This document shows, piece by piece, positions 1 through 11,249 of a stretch of DNA of 64,000 bases. Both the position numbers and the translations under genes were made by a program. This stretch comes from Octopus vulgaris (Eukaryota): the NCBI GenBank assembly GCA_951406725.2, contig OX597814.1, positions 150,288,001-150,352,000 on the forward strand, read 5' to 3'. Below the pieces are notes generated by a model. The model did no database searches and was not told where the DNA came from. It saw nothing but the letters and a program-made list of their open reading frames with translations. Numbering within the stretch: the first letter of the stretch is position 1; each line of letters starts with the position of its first letter.

Positions 1-153
1 AAAGTAGATTGCAGAACAGCTACAATCCTAAGGTTATCACGTGGTTATATAAGTATATATTCACCTTTCTTGCCTCCTATATATGGTTCATAGATTCCTC
101 TTGAAATAATTTCATCGATCGGATTCGGATCTTGTGGACTTTAGCTGCATGTA

Positions 154-228
<75 letters not shown>

Positions 229-320
229 TAATCCAAACAAGAAAACACAGAAAAAAACACAGCAACACGAGGACGTGGAACAATTAAAGTATTATTTGAC
301 GCTCAGGGAAGAAGATGCAT

Positions 321-369
<49 letters not shown>

Positions 370-508
370 GATCAATAAATGGTGGGGTTGTGTTGACCGC
401 ACGTGGAGAAATGATAAGTAAGGAAAAATTTTTTTAAAAATGCAGAATGCTCAAATGAAAGAAAATTTTAATAAAATGAGAAATTGATAAAATATATAAA
501 TATATATT

Positions 509-549
509 TATTCAACCGGTTTTCGTCATTGTACGACTTGTCAAGAATA
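509..549 (-). ncRNA. Hammerhead-like motif, left-arm copy
   Basis: Reverse complement is TATTC-TTGACAA-GTCGT/ACA/ATGAC-GAAA-ACCGGT-T-GAATA. It differs from the right arm only by A-U to G-U in stem II. Confidence 0.75.
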
Positions 550-1176
550 TTTATGTTTTAAAAAGTTTTTTTTTAAATTAGAAAGGGGAAAAAAAGAAAA
601 TTGCATTGTTTTTTGTAAAAGAATAATGATAAAAATGTACAAAAATTAAAAATAAGTTCTCCGATACATTGTGAGTTCGTTGTGTATCTTGAGTTTTATG
701 GTTGTTTACGAAAAAATTACCTTGAGGTGTTAAGATCCAAAGGGATTAAGAGCATGTGTTGTGTTGTTAAATTCAGCATGTTTGCAGGACAGGAAGTAGT
801 AGTAATTGTGGTCCTGGTTCTTCAGTTCCTGTGTTGTGAGTAAGGGGAGACAACTCTTTTGAGTTCTTCAATAAAACCCAAATTATAAAATTATCATTTT
901 AGCTTCATTTGCGTTATCTTTTTTATATAATTGCTTGTTAACTTAACTTTCAGATTTTAACACTTTATTTATATTATTTTCTAATTATATAAATCTGCAT
1001 AGACAATTGCATTTCAAATTGTCATATCATTTATAATAAAAATGATAGTAATAACAACAATAGTAAAAATGATACTTAAAGAATATAAGTTTTAGCTTGA
1101 AGTGATGAATGCATGGTATCTTTAAATATTTGTGTTAGTCCATCCATGAAGAGTGAGGTAGAGAAAGGAAGTTTGA

Positions 1177-3309
1177 TCAACGAGGAGTTTGCATATTAAG
1201 TTGTGTTTGGAATTTTTCAATAAAGAGATTCTCCTTGTTAATTCTCTCCTGTGTGGTGATCCCGTCTTTACATTGGTAGAAGGGGAATATATAGAATTTG
1301 GGGTTTAAGTCTTTAGCACATGAGTCTAAGTGGTCACTCAGTGGAATTTGTCGGTATTCCGGGAGATTTATTTGTTCTTTATGCACCGTTACTCGTTTAC
1401 GTAACGGGAGACTCGTTTGTCCAACATAATTATGTTGGCAACCAGCGCATGTGAGAACGTAGATAAGGTTCTCGGAGGAACAGGAGAAGTTAGTCTTGAT
1501 TTTAAACTTCGTACCTTGTTTGAAGGTAAATTCAGAGCCTTCAAGTAGAAAGGGGCAGGTACCACAGTTTGAGCGTGCACATTTTTTTACTGTTGGGGGT
1601 GGATGTGGTGTGTGAAGTTTGGCAGGCATTTGTCAAGAGTTTTTTTAAAGATTTGTGTTGCCTTTTGCATTTGAGGATTTTGTGTGTATTTATAATGTTT
1701 TTCATTTTTGGGTCTGTTGACAGTAAACTGAGGTTTTGTATGATTGTGGTGTATGCTTCGATATTTTTGGGGTTGTGGGTGGAAATGTATGGAAGTATTT
1801 TGAGGTTGTGTGTGGTGTTAGGTTGGGTGGTTTTCAGTGTAGTGTTGTCTAGTTCTTTGGCGCGTTTTATTCCATACTCTATAAGGGTGGAGGGATATTG
1901 ACGTTGTAATAGTGTTTTTTTGAGGTCTTGAAGGCGTATTTCTCGTGTTTTTGGATCCGAGACAATGGTGCATACCCTTTTAGCTAAATTGAAAGGGATA
2001 TTTGTCTTGGTGTGTTTTGGGTGGCATGAACTAAAGAGGAGGTATTGTTGTGAGTCTGTAGGTTTGTGGTAGATGTCTGTTATGATTTGGTTCTTAGGTG
2101 TTTTTATAATTAGGAGATCAAGGAATGGGAGATGATGTTTGCTTAATTCCATAGTGAATTGGATGTTGGGATGTATGTTGTTTAGTATGGTTTTGAATTC
2201 CAGGAGTTTTTCATAAGGTTCTTTCCATATGATGAAACAATCATCTAAATACCTTTTCCAGTTTTCCATTAGGTAGGTGTGGAAAACATGTCCAAATTTC
2301 TGGCTTGATATTTCATAGAGTGACAGTTCGAAGTAACCCATTATGAGGTTCGCAAGGACTGGTGCAGCCTTGGTACCCATCGCAATGCCACATTTTTGAC
2401 GGTAGTGTGTGTCGTCGAAGAGAAAAAAATTGTTTGTCAGAATGAACTTGAGAGATTCTGTAATAAAAGACTTGTTAATGCGGTCAGGGAATATCTCTGG
2501 GTGTTTTTCTAGCCAGAAGTCAATTGCCTCTATACCATACTCATGTGGAATGTTGGTGTAGAGGTTGATGACATCAAAGGATACCAGGAGTGCCTCCTCG
2601 TTAACTGTTTTCGGGAGGTGTTTGAGCATGTCCAGATCATCCCTAATGAAACTTTTGATGTGGGTAAGGAAAGGTTTCAAAAGGATGTCTAGGAAGTTAC
2701 TCAGGCGGTGTGTTTCACAGGAGGTACCAGCCACGATGGGCCTTAGTTTTAGGTCCTCCGGTGCTTTGATGTTGATGTGGATGTCAGTGGAGAGTTTGCA
2801 GGCTTCGGTGATGTATTTGTTTTTATGGATTTTAGGAAGGCCATAAAAAGGCTGGGCTTGCATTTGAAAATGGTGATATAATCCCTTTCTTTTTCTGTGA
2901 GTCCCTGACCGTGTTGGCGTATGAGTGTGGTGAGGTTTCTGATTGTTTTTTGCTGTTTGTAGTTGTTAATAACCTCATAGAAAATGTTATTGTTAAGCAT
3001 GGAAAACACTAGGTGTTTATAAAATTCCGTGTCCATAAGGACCACAGCACTCCCTTTGTCCGCTTCTTTGATGGTGAGGTTTTTATCCAGTTGTATGTCA
3101 CGTAGGTTTTCCCATTCTTCCTTACTGAAATTGGATTTTACCTTGGTTTTGCTTGGGGTAAAGGGGAGACTCTGGATGTGTTTGCAGAAATCGTCCAGTG
3201 TTTTATTTCTCCCTTTTGGTGGTAGGAAGTTGCTTTTATTTCTGATCAATGAATCGTCCCCATTGTTGATATCTGTCAAAGCTTCTGTTAGGCGAAGTTT
3301 TCTGCAGAA
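1177..3309 (-). pseudogene. Inverted, 5'-truncated copy of the PLE RT/GIY-YIG coding region
   Basis: ORFs 2749-3324, 1541-2863 and 1177-1629 give the same peptides as the + copy. It has an extra 1-nt homopolymer deletion near 2845 and shares the TGCC duplication. Confidence 0.92.
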
Positions 3310-4371
3310 ATGCTCAAAAACCAAAACAAAGCTGAAATTTACGACAAATGGTTAAACTCCTCCCCTATCATACTACCCCGAAAATTCCAAATCAAACACA
3401 TCCCAGACGAACCTGAAAAACAACGCTCCCTAAGAGAAAAACTAACATTGGAAAAAATGAAAACCGAAGTAGAACTTCTAAAACTCAGAGCACAAAACCA
3501 CGAACAAAAATACACAAAAATAGACGATGAGATACTTCTAGAACTAACCTCACACACCAACGAACAGCCCCTCGAACTTGTTATTAAACTATGGAAAGAT
3601 GAATGTGAAAAGGAAGAACGAACCTCCCTTAAACGCTGGGAAAACAACAAAGATTTCTTCCTCAACTATGAAACACAATTCATATTAAACCATAAATCCA
3701 AAAACCCATTCATGAAAGTACCCACAACACAGACTTCCACTGTACCCCATAAACACCATTCCAAACCGCACCTCAAATACACATACTCTCCAAACCCCCT
3801 CCTAACAGGACACAACCTCCCCCAACCATATAAAAAACCTTTTCCCACCCGAAACATCTCAAACAAGACCCACCACAAAACCTGGTTTTCCAATCACTCT
3901 AACACCCCTCTCCCACCGATTAGAACCTTCAAGAACCTCCCATACACTAGAAATTATCCCCCCCTCAAGGCTCCCCTCCCTCACACTAATAACAAACAAG
4001 GCATCCTACCCACACCGATACATATAATACCCACCCAACGAACCCCCTATAGTCCACCCATCCAACAACCACATTCCTACCACATCTCCTACAGATCTCC
4101 AAACCCTCACATCCCACACGAACCCAATCACCACAACTACTTACCCCCATACAATCTACCAGACACACACCCACAAACCCATCGCATTTCTCACAAATCC
4201 TTACACCATCGCATCCCATACCAACACAAATACGACAACTACCTACCCCCCTCCAACCTCCCCACCCAAAAACACTCCTACACATACAACCAGAACTTTA
4301 ACAAAGAATACACCCCTTACCTCAACAACCATTTTTTAGACAGAGGGGAAAAATACAAACACCACCGCTAA
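3310..4371 (+). CDS. PLE upstream ORF1, probably 5'-truncated: helical/coiled-coil-like N-terminal half and P/H/T/N-rich low-complexity C-terminal half
   Basis: 353-aa open frame with a charged amphipathic segment (REKLTLEKMKTEVELLKLRAQNHEQKY). The ATG lies immediately after the inversion junction, and the ORF overlaps the start of the RT frame. Confidence 0.7.
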   Translation: MLKNQNKAEIYDKWLNSSPIILPRKFQIKHIPDEPEKQRSLREKLTLEKMKTEVELLKLRAQNHEQKYTKIDDEILLELTSHTNEQPLELVIKLWKDECEKEERTSLKRWENNKDFFLNYETQFILNHKSKNPFMKVPTTQTSTVPHKHHSKPHLKYTYSPNPLLTGHNLPQPYKKPFPTRNISNKTHHKTWFSNHSNTPLPPIRTFKNLPYTRNYPPLKAPLPHTNNKQGILPTPIHIIPTQRTPYSPPIQQPHSYHISYRSPNPHIPHEPNHHNYLPPYNLPDTHPQTHRISHKSLHHRIPYQHKYDNYLPPSNLPTQKHSYTYNQNFNKEYTPYLNNHFLDRGEKYKHHR

Positions 4372-6653
4372 CACAGACCCAAAATAAGAAAACAAAAATT
4401 ATAAACCTCTCCAGCAAAACACTGACACTAACCCAAATCAACATCCTAGCAAGAGGTTTGAAATTCACACCCACCCCAAGAACACCCAACCCCCGGAGGT
4501 CAAGGATGACGTTTCTGAATTCTGCAGAAAACTTCGCCTAACAGAAGCTTTGACAGATATCAACAATGGGGACGATTCATTGATCAGAAATAAAAGCAAC
4601 TTCCTACCACCAAAAGGGAGAAATAAAACACTGGACGATTTCTGCAAACACATCCAGAGTCTCCCCTTTACCCCAAGCAAAACCAAGGTAAAATCCAATT
4701 TCAGTAAGGAAGAATGGGAAAACCTACGTGACATACAACTGGATAAAAACCTCACCATCAAAGAAGCGGACAAAGGGAGTGCTGTGGTCCTTATGGACAC
4801 GGAATTTTATAAACACCTAGTGTTTTCCATGCTTAACAATAACATTTTCTATGAGGTTATTAACAACTACAAACAGCAAAAAACAATCAGAAACCTCACC
4901 ACACTCATACGCCAACACGGTCAGGGACTCACAGAAAAAGAAAGGGATTATATCACCATTTTCAAATGCAAGCCCAGCCTTTTTTATGGCCTTCCTAAAA
5001 TCCATAAAAACAAATACATCACCGAAGCCTGCAAACTCTCCACTGACATCCACATCAACATCAAAGCACCGGAGGACCTAAAACTAAGGCCCATCGTGGC
5101 TGGTACCTCCTGTGAAACACACCGCCTGAGTAACTTCCTAGACATCCTTTTGAAACCTTTCCTTACCCACATCAAAAGTTTCATTAGGGATGATCTGGAC
5201 ATGCTCAAACACCTCCCGAAAACAGTTAACGAGGAGGCACTCCTGGTATCCTTTGATGTCATCAACCTCTACACCAACATTCCACATGAGTATGGTATAG
5301 AGGCAATTGACTTCTGGCTAGAAAAACACCCAGAGATATTCCCTGACCGCATTAACAAGTCTTTTATTACAGAATCTCTCAAGTTCATTCTGACAAACAA
5401 TTTTTTTCTCTTCGACGACACACACTACCGTCAAAAATGTGGCATTGCGATGGGTACCAAGGCTGCACCAGTCCTTGCGAACCTCATAATGGGTTACTTC
5501 GAACTGTCACTCTATGAAATATCAAGCCAGAAATTTGGACATGTTTTCCACACCTACCTAATGGAAAACTGGAAAAGGTATTTAGATGATTGTTTCATCA
5601 TATGGAAAGAACCTTATGAAAAACTCCTGGAATTCAAAACCATACTAAACAACATACATCCCAACATCCAATTCACTATGGAATTAAGCAAACATCATCT
5701 CCCATTCCTTGATCTCCTAATTATAAAAACACCTAAGAACCAAATCATAACAGACATCTACCACAAACCTACAGACTCACAACAATACCTCCTCTTTAGT
5801 TCATGCCACCCAAAACACACCAAGACAAATATCCCTTTCAATTTAGCTAAAAGGGTATGCACCATTGTCTCGGATCCAAAAACACGAGAAATACGCCTTC
5901 AAGACCTCAAAAAAACACTATTACAACGTCAATATCCCTCCACCCTTATAGAGTATGGAATAAAACGCGCCAAAGAACTAGACAACACTACACTGAAAAC
6001 CACCCAACCTAACACCACACACAACCTCAAAATACTTCCATACATTTCCACCCACAACCCCAAAAATATCGAAGCATACACCACAATCATACAAAACCTC
6101 AGTTTACTGTCAACAGACCCAAAAATGAAAAACATTATAAATACACACAAAATCCTCAAATGCAAAAGGCAACACAAATCTTTAAAAAAACTCTTGACAA
6201 ATGCCTGCCAAACTTCACACACCACATCCACCCCCAACAGTAAAAAAATGTGCACGCTCAAACTGTGGTACCTGCCCCTTTCTACTTGAAGGCTCTGAAT
6301 TTACCTTCAAACAAGGTACGAAGTTTAAAATCAAGACTAACTTCTCCTGTTCCTCCGAGAACCTTATCTACGTTCTCACATGCGCTGGTTGCCAACATAA
6401 TTATGTTGGACAAACGAGTCTCCCGTTACGTAAACGAGTAACGGTGCATAAAGAACAAATAAATCTCCCGGAATACCGACAAATTCCACTGAGTGACCAC
6501 TTAGACTCATGTGCTAAAGACTTAAACCCCAAATTCTATATATTCCCCTTCTACCAATGTAAAGACGGGATCACCACACAGGAGAGAATTAACAAGGAGA
6601 ATCTCTTTATTGAAAAATTCCAAACACAACTTAATATGCAAACTCCTCGTTGA
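4338..6653 (+). pseudogene. PLE reverse transcriptase plus GIY-YIG endonuclease, broken by two frameshifts (~4490 C-run; TGCC duplication at ~6202-6209)
   Basis: PLE N-terminal motif IINLSSKTLT..LARGLKFTPTP (4398-4478). RT motifs YGLPKIHK, LRPIV, SFDVINLYTNI, GIAMGT, RYLDD, LPFLD, YHKPT. Cys linker KKCARSNCGTC. Endonuclease NLIYVLTC..C..NYVGQT..LRKRVTVH..RINKE. Confidence 0.93.
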
Positions 6654-7281
6654 TCAAACTTCCTTTCTCTACCTCACTCTTCATGGATGGACTAACACAA
6701 ATATTTAAAGATACCATGCATTCATCACTTCAAGCTAAAACTTATATTCTTTAAGTATCATTTTTACTATTGTTGTTATTACTATCATTTTTATTATAAA
6801 TGATATGACAATTTGAAATGCAATTGTCTATGCAGATTTATATAATTAGAAAATAATATAAATAAAGTGTTAAAATCTGAAAGTTAAGTTAACAAGCAAT
6901 TATATAAAAAAGATAACGCAAATGAAGCTAAAATGATAATTTTATAATTTGGGTTTTATTGAAGAACTCAAAAGAGTTGTCTCCCCTTACTCACAACACA
7001 GTAACTGAAGAACCAGGACCACAATTACTACTACTTCCTGTCCTGCAAACATGCTGAATTTAACAACACAACACATGCTCTTAATCCCTTTGGATCTTAA
7101 CACCTCAAGGTAATTTTTTCGTAAACAACCATAAAACTCAAGATACACAACGAACTCACAATGTATCGGGGAACTTATTTTTTAATTTTTGTACATTTTT
7201 ATCATTATTCTTTTACAAAAAACAATGCAATTTTCTTTTTTTCCCCTTTCTAATTTAAAAAAAAACTTTTTAAAACATAAA

Positions 7282-7322
7282 TATTCTTGACAAGTCATAC
7301 AATGACGAAAACCGGTTGAATA
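7282..7322 (+). ncRNA. Minimal type I hammerhead-like motif (U3-A8 variant) in the PLE 3' region
   Basis: TATTC-TTGACAA-GTCAT/ACA/ATGAC-GAAA-ACCGGT-T-GAATA: stem I, variant core, stem II, GAAA and a palindromic stem III, with one extra A relative to the usual core. Confidence 0.75.
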
Positions 7323-7411
7323 AATATATATTTATATATTTTATCAATTTCTCATTTTATTAAAATTTTCTTTCATTTGAGCATTCTGCATTTTAAAAAA
7401 AATTTTTTCCT

Positions 7412-7458
<47 letters not shown>

Positions 7459-7705
7459 TAAATATGTATGTGTGTATGTATCTGTGTGTTTGTGATAGTC
7501 CCCCCAATATCACTTGATAACCGATGTTGGTCCGTTTACGTCCCCGTAACTTAGCGATTCGGCCAAAGAAACCGATAGAACAAGTACTAGGCTTACAAAG
7601 AATAAGTCCTGGTGTCCATTTGTTCGACTAAAGGCGGTACTCCAGCATGGCCGCAGTCAAATGACTGAAACAAGTAAAAGAATAAAAGAATAAAATAATA
7701 AATGA

Positions 7706-7766
<61 letters not shown>

Positions 7767-8091
7767 TGTGTGTATTTATACTTGTTTCATTTACTGGACT
7801 GTGACTATGCTAAGGAATAATTGTGAAGAGTTTTGTTGATCAAATCGATCCCGGTACTTCTTTATAAGTTATGATCCATTTAATCTCTTCTCAACGAACG
7901 TCGGAGTTAGAGGGACATAAAAACAACACCTTTTCTCAAGCAGCAAGACATACAAATATAAAAACGCACACACACACACAAAACAGAATCGGTGGTAGTT
8001 TGCGGCCAGCAAGACTTGTGTGACCTGGGGAGTGGCTGTTCCACTCACCCCGGTAAGTACACTGTACGCTATATATATTGCTTTTCCTTTA

Positions 8092-8172
<81 letters not shown>

Positions 8173-8292
8173 CGGAACCTCTCTCTCTGTATTCATATTG
8201 TTTGTATATATATATATATATATGACCTCGTGAGTACCGCTGGCGATTTTTTCCCTCTGTCTGCCCTTCTCGGGATCTTTCCTTCTCCTATG

Positions 8293-8325
8293 TTTCCGAC
8301 GAAGAGCTCCGCTCGAAACGTTAAA
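8293..8325 (+). ncRNA. Degenerate minimal hammerhead motif in a small (TA)n-flanked element (8223-8433)
   Basis: TTT-CCGACGA-A-GAGC/TCC/GCTC-GAAA-CG-TT-AAA. The downstream sequence also occurs inverted at ~224-312 and resembles 26908-27035. Confidence 0.55.
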
Positions 8326-8462
8326 TCCTCCTTCTTCCCTTCTTTCCTGAGCGTCCAATAATACTTTATTTGTTCCACGTCCTCGCGTTGTTGTGTTTTT
8401 TTGTTTTTTTGTGTTTTCTTGTTTGGATTAACTATATATATATGTATGTATGTATATGTATG

Positions 8463-8503
<41 letters not shown>

Positions 8504-9161
8504 CGAGCATCTGTACAATTTCTGCCTATATAATTCTCTGACAAGCCATTGATTAGCCCGAGGTTATAGCTGAAGTCATTTACCCAAGTGTCGCTGAGTC
8601 GGACTAACTTGAAATCGTACTTTTATGAAATGATCTTAATCACACAATCTTGACCTCTTATTCGGTCAAGACCGCGCCTTCAATCATCTATAAATTATTA
8701 ATTAAAAACAATATTAGAGAACATGAATAAAAATTTATGACGGTAAAAGGCCAATAGTGTCACTGACGTGATTCGTGCTCTTCTATCGGGTACAAGACTA
8801 TAGAGCACCTTCTATTTCCATAATTTAAATTATGTATTACAAACGTTTTCATCTTTTATTTCTGCATATATCTCTCTTGTACAACAAATAGTTCGACAGC
8901 CGCATAGCTGTAGCAGAATAAGTTGTTTTACTAATGTTCAAAATAGTGAAGTAGCGTATATCAATTAGATGCTTGTGACAAGAATACACGCAACAAACCT
9001 GAGAAAAATAATAAATCAATGTATATACTATTAATATTAATGATATTTTCTATTGTTTATTACTTTATATTATCGAATATTACACACACACACATATATA
9101 TATATACATATACATATGTATACATATATATATATATATAGTCATATATACAGATATCTAT

Positions 9162-9207
<46 letters not shown>

Positions 9208-9438
9208 GTGTGTGTGTATATATATATATATATATTACATACATATATTTGTGAGAAAAGATATGAAAGATATGTAGCTTTGCTTATAAAGAAAATGTTT
9301 TTACATATTCAAGCATACTTAAAACTTACACATTTAAATACATGCATACATTCATAAATATTTCTCTCTTTCCCTCTCTCTCTCTCTTCTAACGGACACA
9401 CACACTTACGCACACAGACGCATATGTATGTATGTACG

Positions 9439-9539
<101 letters not shown>

Positions 9540-9546
9540 GTATATA

Positions 9547-10411
9547 TACGAGGTCTGGTCAATACGTATCCGGGATGTTGCCATAGTAAAGAAGCTAATG
9601 TAGTCAGTAAAGCCGTTTGTCAAAGATTGACCTCGAAGTCTGCTGTACTTGCGTACTAAGTTTTAACATTCTAGGCCACTTCCTCTGTTTACAGCAGTGC
9701 TTGGATGGAAGGTGTGTAGCATGTGATCATCGCATTTAAAGTCGTCATGACAATACCTTCTCAGAGTCCTACGCAAAGTTGAAGAAAATGTATGGAGGGG
9801 AGCATATGAGCCGCAAACAAGTGTACGAGTGGTTCAGACGCTTCCGGGATAGCCGAAAAATGTCGATATTGATGAAAGTTCTGGGAGACCTACAACCAGT
9901 AGAACTGGGAATTACATCGGAGATGTGCGTGCAGTTGTAAGGGGAAATCGTCAAATCACCACCCGTGAGATATCAAAAGATGTGCAAACTAGTTACGGTT
10001 CAGTTCAATCCATTATCACTGAAAATTTGGATTGGAGACGCGTGTCTGCCAAGTTTGTGCCAAAACTGCTTTCAGCTGACCAAAAAGATGGCCGGGTTTC
10101 AGCGACACAATATCTCTTAGATTGTGTCGAGAGCGATGAAAACTTTTTGAAAATTTTGCGTAGGCCTCTGAGAATGTATCGCCAAGCTTTTGGCAAAATT
10201 TGATGCAGATTCCCTGCCCAACTTCTTTTGTCATGGTGAATGCGATGATCACACGCTACACACTTTCCTTCTAAGCACTGCTGTAAACAGAGGAAGTAAA
10301 CTAGAACGTTAAAACTTTGAGTTGAAGGTCAATCTGTGCCAATTGGCTTTACTCTGCGTACTTTAGCTTTATTACTATGGCAACAGTCCTGATACTTATT
10401 GATCAGACCAC

Positions 10412-10414
<3 letters not shown>
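9547..10414 (+). mobile_element. Mariner-derived non-autonomous element with long (~190 bp) inverted ends
   Basis: The ends are TACGAGGTCTGGTCAATACGTATCCGG and CCTGATACTTATTGATCAGACCACGTA with TA flanks. Transposase remnants include VYEWFRRF and RRVSAKFVPKLLS. Confidence 0.85.
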
Positions 10415-10461
<47 letters not shown>

Positions 10462-10489
10462 TGAGAGAGAGAGAGAGAGAAAGAGAGAA

Positions 10490-11120
10490 AGAGTAAAGTC
10501 TATTTGTCAACGTAAAGTAGTAGTCCTAATTAAGACGGTGTTATTACCTTTTTTAGCCCAAGGAAAACATATTTTCCAGCTGGCTATCGACCTCTAACAA
10601 GGGAGCTAATGTTCCCGCTCAGGCTTAAGCGGTACCTGTGGACCAAAGGCTTCTGTGTTATTTTCCTTCATCGGCATAGGATAACCGTTGGCTAGAGGTG
10701 GAGGCTTTACTCTGTAGTATCTTTACTTTATAGTACTGTTACTACCATTTTCTCGCTCAGAGATTTAAAAGTATTTGTTTTTCTCCTTACGAGATCAGTG
10801 ACAGTGTGTCACTTTAAACCTATATACCTCGAGCAAGGCCTAGTACTGCCATCTCTAGCCAACGGTTATCCTGTGCCGATGAAGATAAATAACCCAGAAA
10901 CCATTGATCCGCAGATAGCATTTAATGCTGAATGGAGGCATTAACTCCCTTGTTCGAGGTATAAGGACGCGGCTGTGCGTCAATAACCAGCTGGAAAAGC
11001 TGTTTCTTGGGACTAAAAAAGGTAGTAACACCGTCCTAATCAGGAGTACCACTTTACATTGGCAAATAGACTTTACTCTGCAGTACTGTTACTACTTATT
11101 TTTTACTCAGAGATTTAGAA
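10490..11120. mobile_element. Older foldback element: inverted arms ~10490-10700 and ~10850-11079, tail to ~11120
   Basis: CTTCATCGGCATAGGATAACCGTTGGCTAGAG pairs with CTCTAGCCAACGGTTATCCTGTGCCGATGAAG. The tail ACTCAGAGATT resembles the reverse complement of the 26450 tail. Confidence 0.7.
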
Positions 11121-11190
11121 CTAATGGTTTTTCTCTCACACACGCACGCACGCACGCACGCACGCACGCACACACGCACGCACGCACGCA

Positions 11191-11249
<59 letters not shown>

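Larger units (their letters stand above)
371..7415. mobile_element. Penelope-like retroelement (EN+, probably Neptune-like) as an inverted duplication: tail 371-416, left arm 417-3309 (-), spacer 3310-4519, right arm 4520-7415 (+)
   Basis: The arms are near-identical reverse complements, and the same RT and GIY-YIG peptides appear on both strands in the ORF track. (TA)n tracts flank both ends. Confidence 0.93.

Noticed and set aside
77-370. ORFs with YIYI, HTHT, CVCV, MYVC or RERE runs here and throughout the window
   Set aside because: These are translations of (TA)n, (CA)n, (TATG)n and (GA)n microsatellites, not genes.
1569-1901. Antisense ORFs over the PLE (also 2565-2846, 3029-3355, 3339-4285, 4465-5265, 5929-6261)
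   Set aside because: These are shadow frames of the compositionally skewed RT/ORF1 strand, with no motifs.
4486-4496. Second -1 frame change in the RT N-terminus
   Set aside because: It lies in a C homopolymer inside a conserved domain, so a single-base deletion or sequencing error is most likely.
6201-6289. RT/endonuclease ORF overlap as a programmed frameshift
   Set aside because: A 4-nt TGCC duplication explains it; removing it restores a continuous LLTNAKL...KKC frame.
7005-7055. CTGAAGA...CAGGAC/GTCCTG...CAAACATG as a second PLE hammerhead
   Set aside because: It has CAAA instead of GAAA, no UH triplet and no convincing stem I.
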